Source: Verrucomicrobiota bacterium
GTDB taxonomy: Bacteria > Verrucomicrobiota > Verrucomicrobiia > Chthoniobacterales > JAFAMB01
Length of the DNA: 38,542 bases
Reading direction: 5' to 3'
NCBI GenBank assembly: GCA_019235445.1
Contig: JAFAKL010000056.1
Span: 1-38,542 of the forward strand
Shown one piece after another: positions 1 to 9,289 of the stretch. Both the position numbers and the translations under genes were made by a program. The notes beneath the pieces were generated by a model. The model was not told the origin of the DNA and ran no database searches. It was given only the letters and a program-made list of their open reading frames with translations. Every line of letters starts with the position of its first letter. The stretch's first letter is position 1.

Positions 1-2076
1 GATGGAGCCGATTCGATCGGCCTTTTCGCGGCCCTCTGTCGCGTTTACTTGAATATCGGCCTCTTCCACGATGAGTGGAACCGCGATACGAACACAATCA
101 TCGGTTTCACGCCGCAGAAGCCATTCACGATCGATGTGTGTCGCAGGAATTCACTTTACTGGCGGGTGAACGAGAACTTCCGCATCGGTTACATGGCGGC
201 TTTCTTTCTCTGGGATAAGCAAAGCCCCACCGAACTGCGCACCAAGGTGGAGGAACCGCGGTTTCAGTGTTCCACGCAAGCGATGCTGCTTAAGGACGCC
301 CTGATTGCGACTGCGGACGGCACGTCTCAAGAGCCGTTTGTTCCCGCCCCCACGAAAGACCATCCCGAGGGCACGCGCGTCATCACTCATTGGAACGATT
401 CCGCCGCGCTTTGGGATGAACCGGCCGCTCTCAAAGGTGGGAAGGTATTCGCGGAAAACTGCATGGTTTGCCACTCGAGCAAACAACCGATCGGCTACGA
501 GATTGCTTTCGCCCATGAGCCGCCGAATGGCGCAAAGTCTTGGCGGCAGGTGGCCGCAAATGACGGCAAACTCACCATGCCCTACGCGGGGGCGGACTGG
601 GAGGACTTCAAGAAAAGCCCCGCTTACAGCGACTACCTGGCCAGAGCGATTCCGCTCAGCGGAGAAGGCGATTGGGGGAAGATGCAGGAGTTTCTAAAGG
701 ACAATTACCTTTCTACGGACTTGCGCATCCCCGTTTCTCTTACGGAAACCAACTCTGCCCGCGCAGTTGGCACCAATGCGTTAAAAGGCCACGTCTGGAG
801 CGAATTTGCGTCGGAGACCTATCAAACTCTGCCACCGGTCGGAAAGCTGACTTACACAGATCCGATAACCAGGGAAAATGCCACTTATGAGCCCCCGGGA
901 AACGGTCCCGGCTACTATCGCGTTCCCTCGTTGGTGAGTGTCTGGATGAGCGCCCCGCTTTTGCACAACAATTCCCTCGGGCTTTTCATTGCGGATGATC
1001 TGAACCTTCGGGTGTCGGTGAAGGGTCGTCTGGATATGTTTGACGACGCTATCAACAAGCTGCTCTGGAAGGCCAAGCGCGGCCTGACCCCAAGCGGGCT
1101 GGGTGGTATGCGGGGCTCAACGGATACCACTTGGCGTGGCGCGGATCCTGGCTGGATTTACCGCACCGACGTGGAATCCGAATTGCGCATTCCCGCGGGA
1201 CATCTGCGCCACCTGGTCACCGGTGTTCTTCCTGGCGTGCTCCCCGGTTTGCCGGGGATCGTGGCGCTCGTGCTCCTTGATGTTCCCTGGCTCGCACCAT
1301 TGTTGCTCGCGCTCTTGAGCGGGGCGCTGATTCTCTTGTGGCCCAGGGGATTTTTCTATCTCGTGATCCTCTGCGGCATCCTGCTCGTGCTGGTGCTTTG
1401 GGTGACCGGCCTTCATTACCTGCTGCCAGCGGTTCTCTGGCTCCTCCCGCTGGCGCTCCTGGCAGGTGGGTTTTCCTGGATCTTGATGATGCCGCAAGAG
1501 GAAAAAGCAAAGGGCGGGAAAGAGAATGCGCCATCGCCGGCAAACACCAATGTGGCTGCAAGGTGGCGGCATACCGGATTGAGAATTGCACGGTGGAGCG
1601 GCGTCCTGGTGTACGCAGTGTTGTTGATCGGATTCCTGGTCGTGCTCTGGACGGCACGCGAATTCGTTAATGGGCACCTCGGCGACCTCAGGCTGGGACC
1701 GTTCCCGAAAGGAATGCCGGTGAATGTGCTCATGAACTTCGATCCAGAGGCCCCGATATCTCGTCGCCTGGCTGCGTTGCGCGGGTTGTGCGACATGCTC
1801 GGAACGCTGCGCGCCGAAGACGAGAAGGAACGCGCATCGGACGAAGCGCGCCGCGTAGCGCTCGAGAATGCTCCCTCAACTCCCGAGGACAAGCTGCCCA
1901 GGCTTTATCGATTGAGCGACGCGGACCGGTTGAAGGTGTTCGAGCAAAAGGCTGGACCTGCCCTGATGGCGGCCAGCAAGTGCCCGGACTTCGTGCTGGA
2001 CCGCGGACACTACTTCGGCGAGGCGCTTACCGATCAGGAAAAGAAGGACCTGATCGCATTTCTGAAGACGCTCTAA
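1..2076 (+). CDS. c-type cytochrome, di-haem cytochrome c peroxidase/MauG-like, with an internal multi-TM insertion; 5' end lies outside the window
   Basis: Frame 1 is open from nt 1; the listed ORF start at 49 is an internal TTG. The translated 5' end DGADSIGLFAALCRVYLNIGLF aligns with DGADSVGVPGAALRVYVNIGMF of the downstream paralogue. One CxxCH motif lies in the window (AENCMVCHSSKQP). YYRVPSLVSVWMSAPLLHNNSLG resembles the CCP/MauG distal region. The C-terminus KCPDFVLDRGHYFGEALTDQEKKDLIAFLKTL matches the paralogue. A ~150-aa hydrophobic block (nt ~1215-1670) is absent from the paralogue. Confidence 0.72.
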   Translation, partial: DGADSIGLFAALCRVYLNIGLFHDEWNRDTNTIIGFTPQKPFTIDVCRRNSLYWRVNENFRIGYMAAFFLWDKQSPTELRTKVEEPRFQCSTQAMLLKDALIATADGTSQEPFVPAPTKDHPEGTRVITHWNDSAALWDEPAALKGGKVFAENCMVCHSSKQPIGYEIAFAHEPPNGAKSWRQVAANDGKLTMPYAGADWEDFKKSPAYSDYLARAIPLSGEGDWGKMQEFLKDNYLSTDLRIPVSLTETNSARAVGTNALKGHVWSEFASETYQTLPPVGKLTYTDPITRENATYEPPGNGPGYYRVPSLVSVWMSAPLLHNNSLGLFIADDLNLRVSVKGRLDMFDDAINKLLWKAKRGLTPSGLGGMRGSTDTTWRGADPGWIYRTDVESELRIPAGHLRHLVTGVLPGVLPGLPGIVALVLLDVPWLAPLLLALLSGALILLWPRGFFYLVILCGILLVLVLWVTGLHYLLPAVLWLLPLALLAGGFSWILMMPQEEKAKGGKENAPSPANTNVAARWRHTGLRIARWSGVLVYAVLLIGFLVVLWTAREFVNGHLGDLRLGPFPKGMPVNVLMNFDPEAPISRRLAALRGLCDMLGTLRAEDEKERASDEARRVALENAPSTPEDKLPRLYRLSDADRLKVFEQKAGPALMAASKCPDFVLDRGHYFGEALTDQEKKDLIAFLKTL

Positions 2077-2096
2077 TCGTCTATCGAGGCTTGCGC

Positions 2097-4355
2097 ATGA
2101 ATGAGGTCATGGGGAACGATCCAAGCGGGTTGGATGGCATTCCGCCGGATGCTGACGACCCGATGAAGACGGCCATTGACTACATCGTCGTCGGTTCGGG
2201 GCCGGGAGGCGCGCCGCTGGCCGCGCGTCTGGCTTTAGCCGGGATGCGTGTCCTGGTCCTGGAGGCTGGCGTAGATCCAGGGGCGCCGCTCGTTTCGCTG
2301 GACACCACCGGCACCACAAAGCGCAAAGCGGAAAACGAGCACCTGATCTACTATTGCCCCGGCCTGCACGCTGCGTCCACGGAACCAGATCTCCATGGCG
2401 CAAATGATCAAGCACGCACCAATTGGAATTTCTGGGTACGACACTATCCCGGAGAGGACATTCAGAAACTGGACACCAAGGCCCGAGAAGACCCTCGCAA
2501 CCCTGGTGGTGTAGCGGTCCTTTACCCGCGCGCCTCGGCCCTGGGAGGCTGCACGGCGCATCACGCCATGATTTCCGTTTACGGCGCGGACTACGACTGG
2601 CAGAAAATCGCCGACCTTACGGGCGACAACTCGTGGGCGCCGGGCAGAATGCGCGCACTTTATGAACGGATCGAGCGCGCAAGAACCGGCGTTTGGTTTG
2701 GCCGACTGCTGCGCTATTGGGAATGGCTTCAGCAAAAGATAGATCCCGGGCGGGACGCCTCCGCGCGGCGTGGTACAAGGGGATGGCTGGATGTGCAGCT
2801 CAGCGATCCGAAGTTGGCCATGGGCGACACCGCGCTTTTCAATGTGGTCGCCAAAACGGTGTTCGATGTGGAGGGCCGGGACGACCTCCTGACTCTCTGG
2901 CGGGCTGCGAAGCGTATGATTGGCGGTCGGCTCTTCCGCGATCTCGATTTGAACGACATCGACCGGGCGCGCACGCATCCCGAAGGCGTGGCGCTCGTCC
3001 CGCTGGCCGTTTCGCCTGCTGGCACTCGGCGCGGCCCGCGGGAGTGGCTCTTGGAGACGCGTCGCCTTCTGCGCCGGCAACGAGACAAGTTTCTGGCTGG
3101 AGATGAATTCGGAGGCGGGATCTGGATTGCCACAGACATTTTCGTCCGACGAGTGATTTTTCGGTCTCGCGGGAACTGCCAGCCGCTGAGTGCGATCGGG
3201 GTCGAGTTCTCACGCGGCCGGCATCTTTACGATCCCGGCCGGCCATTCAACGAGCCGGATGATCTAGAGAAGCACTATTGTTACGCGCGGCGCGAGATCC
3301 TTCTTTGTGGGGGCGCCTTCAATACCCCGCAAATATTGATGCTGAGCGGCATAGGTGACAAGGAGCAACTCCGAGTGAACGGCGTGGAGGGAATCGCCGG
3401 CATTGGCGGCGAGGTGCAACACGATGTATTCGTTGATCTTAGCGGCGTGGGGCAAAACCTTCTCGACCGTTACGAAATTAGCGTCATCAGCGAAATGGCG
3501 AAGAGTTTCTCCGTTCTTGACGGCGTTAAGTTCGATCCCAACGCCACGGACGACAAAGCCCTCAACGAATGGAAGGCTGAAGACACGCAACAGCCGCGGG
3601 CAGGCCTCTACGCTACCAACGGTGCTGCGGTGGCGATTCTGAAACGCTCGGAGCCGACCGAGTCGAAGCCGAAGGATCTGCCGCCCGATCTATTGCTCTT
3701 GGGTTTTCCCATCGTGTTTCGGGGCTATTACCCAGGATGGTCGAAGGATCTCTTGACCAGACCTGGAGATGGCGGTCTCCCAGGCAAGCGGAATCTCTGG
3801 AGTTGGACGATATTGAAAGCGTACTCCAAAAATCGCGGCACGGTGCGACTGCGTTCAAGCAATCCGTTCGACTCACCGGCCATCGATTTTTGCTACTTCG
3901 GCCGGTGCGATGCGGCGAAAAGCCAATCCCATCCCGATTTGCGGGTCGACCACGACTTCGCTGCGCTCAAGTTTGCCGTTCAGTACGTGCGTCGCCTGAA
4001 CGCCGCTGCCGCGAAACTGATGAAAGACCATGATGCGGCCAGCGCGGAGATTCAGCCGGGAAGCGACAAAACAAGCGGCTCCGTCGCCCTGGCCGATTGG
4101 ATCATGCACGAGGTATGGGGTCACCATGCCTCGGGCACATGCCGAATTGGCTCCGATCCATGGCGGGCGAATGTCTCCGAATTGAAAGATAAGGGCGCCG
4201 TCCTGGACAGCAGCTTCCGCGTGCACGGGGTCCGTGGACTCCGCGTGGTAGATGCATCGGTCTTTCCCACTATTCCCGGTTATTTTCTCACTGTGCCAAT
4301 TTACCTGGTCAGTGAGAAGGCCGCAGACACAATCCTCGATGAACTATCCCTTTGA
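2097..4355 (+). CDS. GMC-family FAD-dependent oxidoreductase (long, ~752 aa)
   Basis: The N-terminal Rossmann motif is DYIVVGSGPGGAPLAARLALAGMRVLVLEAG. The C-terminal GMC signatures are WGHHASGTCRIG and GLRVVDASVFPTIPGYFLTVPIYLVSEKAADTIL. The ATG at 2097 is 20 nt after the upstream stop. The listed ORF start at 1788 overlaps the previous gene and translates as an Arg-rich out-of-context extension. Confidence 0.9.
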   Translation: MNEVMGNDPSGLDGIPPDADDPMKTAIDYIVVGSGPGGAPLAARLALAGMRVLVLEAGVDPGAPLVSLDTTGTTKRKAENEHLIYYCPGLHAASTEPDLHGANDQARTNWNFWVRHYPGEDIQKLDTKAREDPRNPGGVAVLYPRASALGGCTAHHAMISVYGADYDWQKIADLTGDNSWAPGRMRALYERIERARTGVWFGRLLRYWEWLQQKIDPGRDASARRGTRGWLDVQLSDPKLAMGDTALFNVVAKTVFDVEGRDDLLTLWRAAKRMIGGRLFRDLDLNDIDRARTHPEGVALVPLAVSPAGTRRGPREWLLETRRLLRRQRDKFLAGDEFGGGIWIATDIFVRRVIFRSRGNCQPLSAIGVEFSRGRHLYDPGRPFNEPDDLEKHYCYARREILLCGGAFNTPQILMLSGIGDKEQLRVNGVEGIAGIGGEVQHDVFVDLSGVGQNLLDRYEISVISEMAKSFSVLDGVKFDPNATDDKALNEWKAEDTQQPRAGLYATNGAAVAILKRSEPTESKPKDLPPDLLLLGFPIVFRGYYPGWSKDLLTRPGDGGLPGKRNLWSWTILKAYSKNRGTVRLRSSNPFDSPAIDFCYFGRCDAAKSQSHPDLRVDHDFAALKFAVQYVRRLNAAAAKLMKDHDAASAEIQPGSDKTSGSVALADWIMHEVWGHHASGTCRIGSDPWRANVSELKDKGAVLDSSFRVHGVRGLRVVDASVFPTIPGYFLTVPIYLVSEKAADTILDELSL

Positions 4356-6960
4356 ACTCCAGCGAAGGGAGGCCACCGCGATCCGGATGCGCCGTGAGAA
4401 AGCCGCCCCCTTTGGCGCTTCCGCGGAGGAAGGAGAGGAAAGGCCGCCTGAGCCCACTCTGCCCGATCTTGACCTGAGCCGGCTGCCGCCTCGCACCGTT
4501 GGGCTGGCTCTGTCCGGCGGCGGTATCCGTGCCGCCATTTTCAGCCTCGGGATACTTCAGGCGCTCGCGAAGAAGGGGCGCCTCCGCAAGATCGACTTTC
4601 TCTCCTCTATCTCCAGCGGCGGATACGCGGGTAGTTTCCTCGGCAGACTGTTCACCCGCCGGTCGATCGCCAATCTGGCAGAGACGAAAGGCGACCCCTG
4701 CGCCCGGGTGGAATCGATTCTCGGCGACGACGACTCCCCTCAAATTAGATGGTTGCGTGAGAATGCCGGCTATCTGGTGAGCGCCTGCGGATCGGATGTG
4801 CGCCAGCATTTTGCCCTCATCCTGCTCAATCTCGCAACAACCTATTTCATCTTTGCGTTCCTCGGATTGGCCTTGTTTGGGTTGCTGCGCCTGGGCGGTG
4901 ACTGGATCACGTGCCTTGTCGGAGCGCCTGGTTTCGCGGCGACGCCTGGCCCAGTCGCTCTCACTGGCCTCAGCCCGTGGTGGTGGTTGCCACTCGCCGT
5001 GCTCGTCGTGGCCGTGATCCCTTGCGCGATCGCCTATTGGCTCGCGCCGAAACGAGATAGCCGCGCAAGTTTCAGCTTTTTCCCCGTTGTCGCCTGGATA
5101 ACGCTCCTCACTCTTCTGGGGCTTGTGGTTGGGCCGGTGTCCGGCTTTTTCAGCCCGCTGATGGCGATCACGGTCTTGCTGCTCGCGGTAGTTTGGTTGG
5201 AAATAGCGCGTCTGCAGCTCCCGCCGCGTCTCGATCCGAGTACCGGTGAGATCTCCGGCGATCCCGGTACCGTCATCCGTAATCGCCTCACTCGCGGTCT
5301 TGGCCAGGCGCTCGTACTCCTCCTGGTTGGCATCCTTTGGACACTGCTGGATATCGTTGCTCGAGGCTTCGCCCTCGGGAAGTTAAATCCACTCATCGCA
5401 ACCTGGACCCTGCTCACCCTGTCGGTTACTCCATTCCTGCGCCGTCTGGCCGCTTTCCTCTGCACCAGCTCCTCCAAAAAGGGCGACAGCGGCCGGAAGT
5501 CCAATTTGTTCTTCTCCGCCGCATTCCGTGCTGGAATCATCGCATTTCCTGTCGCTGGCCTCCTCCTCGTGTTCTTCGACGGCGCCGTACACTGGCTGTT
5601 CAACCAGCGTTACGCCTGGGGGTGTATTGGCTTGCTCGCAGGAGCCGTGCTCTCGTTGATTTTCGGACGGGCCTTTGACTTTCTCAACTACTCCGCCCTG
5701 CCGGATACCTACGGCGCTCGGATTAGCCGGACCTTTCTGGGTGCGTCCAATCCCGTTCGCGTCTCCGCCGACACCTCCAAATGGGGGCGTGACGTCCAGT
5801 TCGCCCATCCCGACGACGACGTCGCCTTTAACCAATATCATCCGGAGATCAATGGCGGGCCTCTTCATCTCATCGGCCTCTCGGTGAACCAAACCGTCGA
5901 TGCCTTCCCCCAGCGCGGAGGGCTCGACCGCATGGGCTTGCCAATGTGTGTCGGTCCGTGCGGCGTGAGCGTTGGCCGGAAGTTTCATGCGATCTGGGCT
6001 CTGCCTCCTCCTGCTGATAAGCTCCCCTGTTGGATGCGACTGCGCCAGGTGCTCGATCGAGCCAATCAGCCTGCGGAGGGTGCGAAGATCGCTCTTCGCG
6101 CCATTCCGGTTCCAGGCGAGGTATTCCACGTTTTTCAGGGGACAACCGACTGGCCCGTTTGCGTCGAATCACTCAACCTCAGCAGATGGATTGCCATTTC
6201 GGGGTCGGCGATTGGCATCGGACGGGGACACCTCACCAGCCTTCCGATATTCCTTCTGCTTGGTCTCGCGAACCTCCGTCTCGGCTATTGGTGGAATAGC
6301 GGCCTCAACGCGTCGGATCGTCCGGGCGGACCCCCTCAGAGCTTCTGGAGGAGGCTCAAAGGACAACTCGCCGCGCTGGCCAAAATGCAGAGCCTCCTTA
6401 TTTCGGATTTTCTCGGACGGTTCCAGGGACTCGCCCATCGTTTTTGGAACATCAGTGACGGTGGGTACTTCGACAACACTGGTATTTACGAGCTGCTCCG
6501 GCGGCGGGTGCCATTCATCATCGCCGTTGACGGCAGCGAAGATGCTTCATTTGACTTTCAAGACATGGCTGAGCTGGTGCGCCGGGCGCGAAACGACTTT
6601 GGAGCGGAGGTGGAATTTGTGGATCCCGCCACCGCGGCGGTCCAGCTTCCCCGGTGGATCCTCAGCTGGTTGTGCAATCCGGCCCAGACGCTAGGTTCAC
6701 TCCAGGAAATCGGTCAGCCCAATCGGGCCCACGCCGCAGTGGCGCATGTTAGCTATGAAAATAATCAAGAACCGGCGACCTGGATTGTTCTGCTGAAAGC
6801 TAGCGTCACGGGCGACGAATCGCTCGATATCACTTCTTACCAGAGAAACAACCCTGCTTTTCCGAGCGGGCCTGCCACCGAGCAGTTCGTCAACGATGCT
6901 CAATGGGAGAGCTACCGCGCTTTAGGCGAGCACATCGGACATATAGTACTGTCTGTATGA
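4339..6960 (+). CDS. Patatin-like phospholipase with a ~300-aa polytopic membrane insertion
   Basis: Three patatin motifs are present: oxyanion-hole motif GLALSGGGIRAAIF, nucleophile-elbow variant FLSSISSGGYAGS, and catalytic Asp motif ISDGGYFDNTGIYELL about 620 aa downstream. About 8 hydrophobic helices lie between them (nt ~4790-5680). The ATG at 4339 (MNYPFEL) overlaps the GMC stop by 17 nt. Confidence 0.85.
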   Translation: MNYPFELQRREATAIRMRREKAAPFGASAEEGEERPPEPTLPDLDLSRLPPRTVGLALSGGGIRAAIFSLGILQALAKKGRLRKIDFLSSISSGGYAGSFLGRLFTRRSIANLAETKGDPCARVESILGDDDSPQIRWLRENAGYLVSACGSDVRQHFALILLNLATTYFIFAFLGLALFGLLRLGGDWITCLVGAPGFAATPGPVALTGLSPWWWLPLAVLVVAVIPCAIAYWLAPKRDSRASFSFFPVVAWITLLTLLGLVVGPVSGFFSPLMAITVLLLAVVWLEIARLQLPPRLDPSTGEISGDPGTVIRNRLTRGLGQALVLLLVGILWTLLDIVARGFALGKLNPLIATWTLLTLSVTPFLRRLAAFLCTSSSKKGDSGRKSNLFFSAAFRAGIIAFPVAGLLLVFFDGAVHWLFNQRYAWGCIGLLAGAVLSLIFGRAFDFLNYSALPDTYGARISRTFLGASNPVRVSADTSKWGRDVQFAHPDDDVAFNQYHPEINGGPLHLIGLSVNQTVDAFPQRGGLDRMGLPMCVGPCGVSVGRKFHAIWALPPPADKLPCWMRLRQVLDRANQPAEGAKIALRAIPVPGEVFHVFQGTTDWPVCVESLNLSRWIAISGSAIGIGRGHLTSLPIFLLLGLANLRLGYWWNSGLNASDRPGGPPQSFWRRLKGQLAALAKMQSLLISDFLGRFQGLAHRFWNISDGGYFDNTGIYELLRRRVPFIIAVDGSEDASFDFQDMAELVRRARNDFGAEVEFVDPATAAVQLPRWILSWLCNPAQTLGSLQEIGQPNRAHAAVAHVSYENNQEPATWIVLLKASVTGDESLDITSYQRNNPAFPSGPATEQFVNDAQWESYRALGEHIGHIVLSV

Positions 6961-7109
6961 TTGCCCGATTCCAAATGCTCCCGATTTCGAGTTCAGGAAG
7001 GCTATACCGGAATCAGATCGTTAGTAAGAGCCTCGGGCGACTGAGGAATTTGCATTCAAATAGGTTGCCGAATGGTGGTCCGATTAGCTATGATTCGCTC
7101 TTAAAAGCT

Positions 7110-7115
7110 AGGAGG
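7110..7115 (+). promoter_or_regulatory. Shine-Dalgarno (AGGAGG) for the decayed cytochrome paralogue
   Basis: AGGAGG sits 7 nt upstream of TTG 7123 and 6 nt upstream of in-frame ATT 7122. The TTG is out of frame with the lipoprotein signal peptide that follows. Confidence 0.5.
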
Positions 7116-7121
7116 CTGGGA

Positions 7122-9258
7122 ATTGACGTCAGGAAAACCACTCGATTCGCGGCAGGAATCTACGGGCTGACCGTATTATCCATTTCTTTGGTTGGCTGTT
7201 CAAAGAAGGACATTGTGGATGAAGCGAAAGCTTCCCGGAAGACGCCCGCGGATTTCCCCCAAATCACCGCTGATGTTTTTAAACCCATGGACGGAGGCAT
7301 TCAGCTCTCGCCTGAAGAAATCATGGGCCGCAATGCGTGGATCCTCTGGAGCGCAGGCAATGAACGTTTTTGGAACGTAGTCGCGCAGGACAGTTTTGGA
7401 ATAGTGGATCTGTTGAAGACACTCGACAACCGGAATACCCGCGTGGTGAACGTTTTAATACTTTGGGATTGATCAATGAGCCGGGATTCCGGGCTGCCGG
7501 AAAGCCCGACCAGTTTGGATTAATGCTGGACGAACAAATCGCACCCGAACCCGCCGGCATCGACGAAAAGGTCTATGGCAAGCCTTCGGGAGTAATAGGC
7601 TTCCGGCTTTTTCGGAATCCGGAATTCAAGGGGGAGGCGCGTCGGAAATGGGATGGTAATCGGTTCATGAACGATCCGGCCTATTACAGTGATAAAAACT
7701 TATCGCGTCGGTGTTGCCTGCGCAAGCTGCCACGTCGCTCCGAATCCCGATAGACCGCCCTCCGACCCGAACAATCCGGGGTGGGAGAACCTGGCTTCGG
7801 CAATAGGCAACCAATACCTCAGTGAAGGCAAGGTGTTTGCCTGCAATGTGGAAAAGGGCGGTTTCTTTTATGAAGAACTGGCGGCGCAGCCACGCGGCAC
7901 TTCCGATACTTCACGTATTGCGACGGACCACATTAATAATCCAAACGCGATCAATCCCATCTTCCTGCTTGCGGAACGCGAGCGAATCGCCGCGACCGAA
8001 ACGTTGGGGCCGCACTTGCTGGCCTCGCTGGGCCAAGAGCACAAAATGCCGGTGCCGCACATCTTGAAAGACGGCGCGGATTCCGTCGGTGTTCCCGGCG
8101 CAGCACTTCGCGTTTACGTAAACATCGGCATGTTTTCCGAATACTGGCTGACGCGGCACAATCCGTTGCTAGGTCTCACTCCACAGCAACCTTTCGAAAC
8201 CGGGTATGCTCATGAGCATTCTGTTTTCTGGCGGGCGACCGAGCAGCGCGTGGGGAACATTGCGGCTTTTTTCCGCAAGCTGCAGCCTTTCCATTTGGCC
8301 GACGCACCCGGTGGCAAGGAATTCATCACCAGCGACGACGCGGTGATGACCCGAGGCAAGCAGGCTTTCGCCGAAAACTGTGCCAGCTGTCATTCCAGCA
8401 AACAACCTCCGCCAGGTCTCGATGCTCACTCTCCTGAAGGGAAAGCTTGGTTCTGCGAAGCGGTGATGAAGCCGGATTTTCTGAAGAACAATTTTCTCTC
8501 TAACGATCGACGCTACCCTTTGACAACGATTAAAACCAACAGCGCGCGGGCCTTCGGCACCAATGCACAGGCCGGGCACATCTGGGATAATTTCTCCTCC
8601 CAGACCTATAAGGACCTTTCACCGCCCGCCGAGCTGGAGTTTTATAATCCATTTGACCCGGCAAAGCCAATCAAGTTCAGGCCAAAGGACAAGCATACCG
8701 GACCCGGATACTACCGGGTGCCTTCGTTAATCAGTATTTGGAGTTCTGCGCCGTTTTTCCATAACAATGCACTGGGGAAATTTACTGGCGATCCGTCCGT
8801 GGCCGGCCGTATGGCTGCTTTTGACGATGCGACAGAGAAACTCCTGTGGCCGGCGAAACGTCTGGGTAAAGATTCGATTTGGCGCACGCAGGAGGATTGC
8901 ACCTTGCGCTTGCGCAAGGAATTTATTCCGGAGCCGCTCCGGGTGCTGTCCGATGCTGATGGTTACTTGAAGATCGGCCTCATCCCTAAAGGGACTCCGA
9001 TCAACTTAGTCGCGAACCTGGATCCCGGACGCATCGCAATTGGTCGCTCTGGAGGTTAAATTAAGTAAGGCGCTGGTGACAATTCACATGCACAACCTTT
9101 CGTCCGAAGGACCCGCGAAGGAATTGCTCAAGGCCGTTCCCGAGTTGCTGGCGGAAAATAAGTGCCCGGACTTTATCGAAGACGAGGGGCATTACTTTGG
9201 GACGGACCTGCCTGACGCCGACAAGCGCGCCCTGATCGAGTACCTTAAGACGTTTTGA
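7122..9258 (+). pseudogene. Frameshifted paralogue of the c-type cytochrome (di-haem lipoprotein), split into 4 reading-frame segments
   Basis: ORF fragments 6903-7472, 7370-7753, 7689-9059 and 9040-9258 join into one protein colinear with gene 1.
- Lipobox: LSISLVGCSKK.
- Junction 1: ...LKTLDNRNTR / GERFNTLGLINEPGF.
- Junction 2: ...AYYSDKN / YRVGVACASCHVAPNP.
- Second haem motif: ...AENCASCHSSKQP.
- CCP-like region: ...YYRVPSLISIWSSAPFFHNNALG.
- Junction 3: ...NLDPGRIA / LVALEVKLS.
- C-terminus: ...NKCPDFIEDEGHYFGTDLPDADKRALIEYLKTF.

Frame changes fall near 7436-7445, 7694-7698 (an A5 run) and 9025-9045. A further one may lie in the A4 run at 7134-7137. Confidence 0.75.
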
Positions 9259-9289
9259 ACGGGTGCTGAACGCCCGTTTGGAGGATAAT

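Noticed and set aside
1788-2096. 5' extension of the 855-aa ORF (start at 1788) overlapping the end of the cytochrome gene
   Set aside because: The extension is Arg/Ala/Gly-rich, typical of an out-of-frame read in GC-rich DNA. GMC homology (the FAD Rossmann motif) begins just after ATG 2097, which lies 20 nt past the upstream stop.
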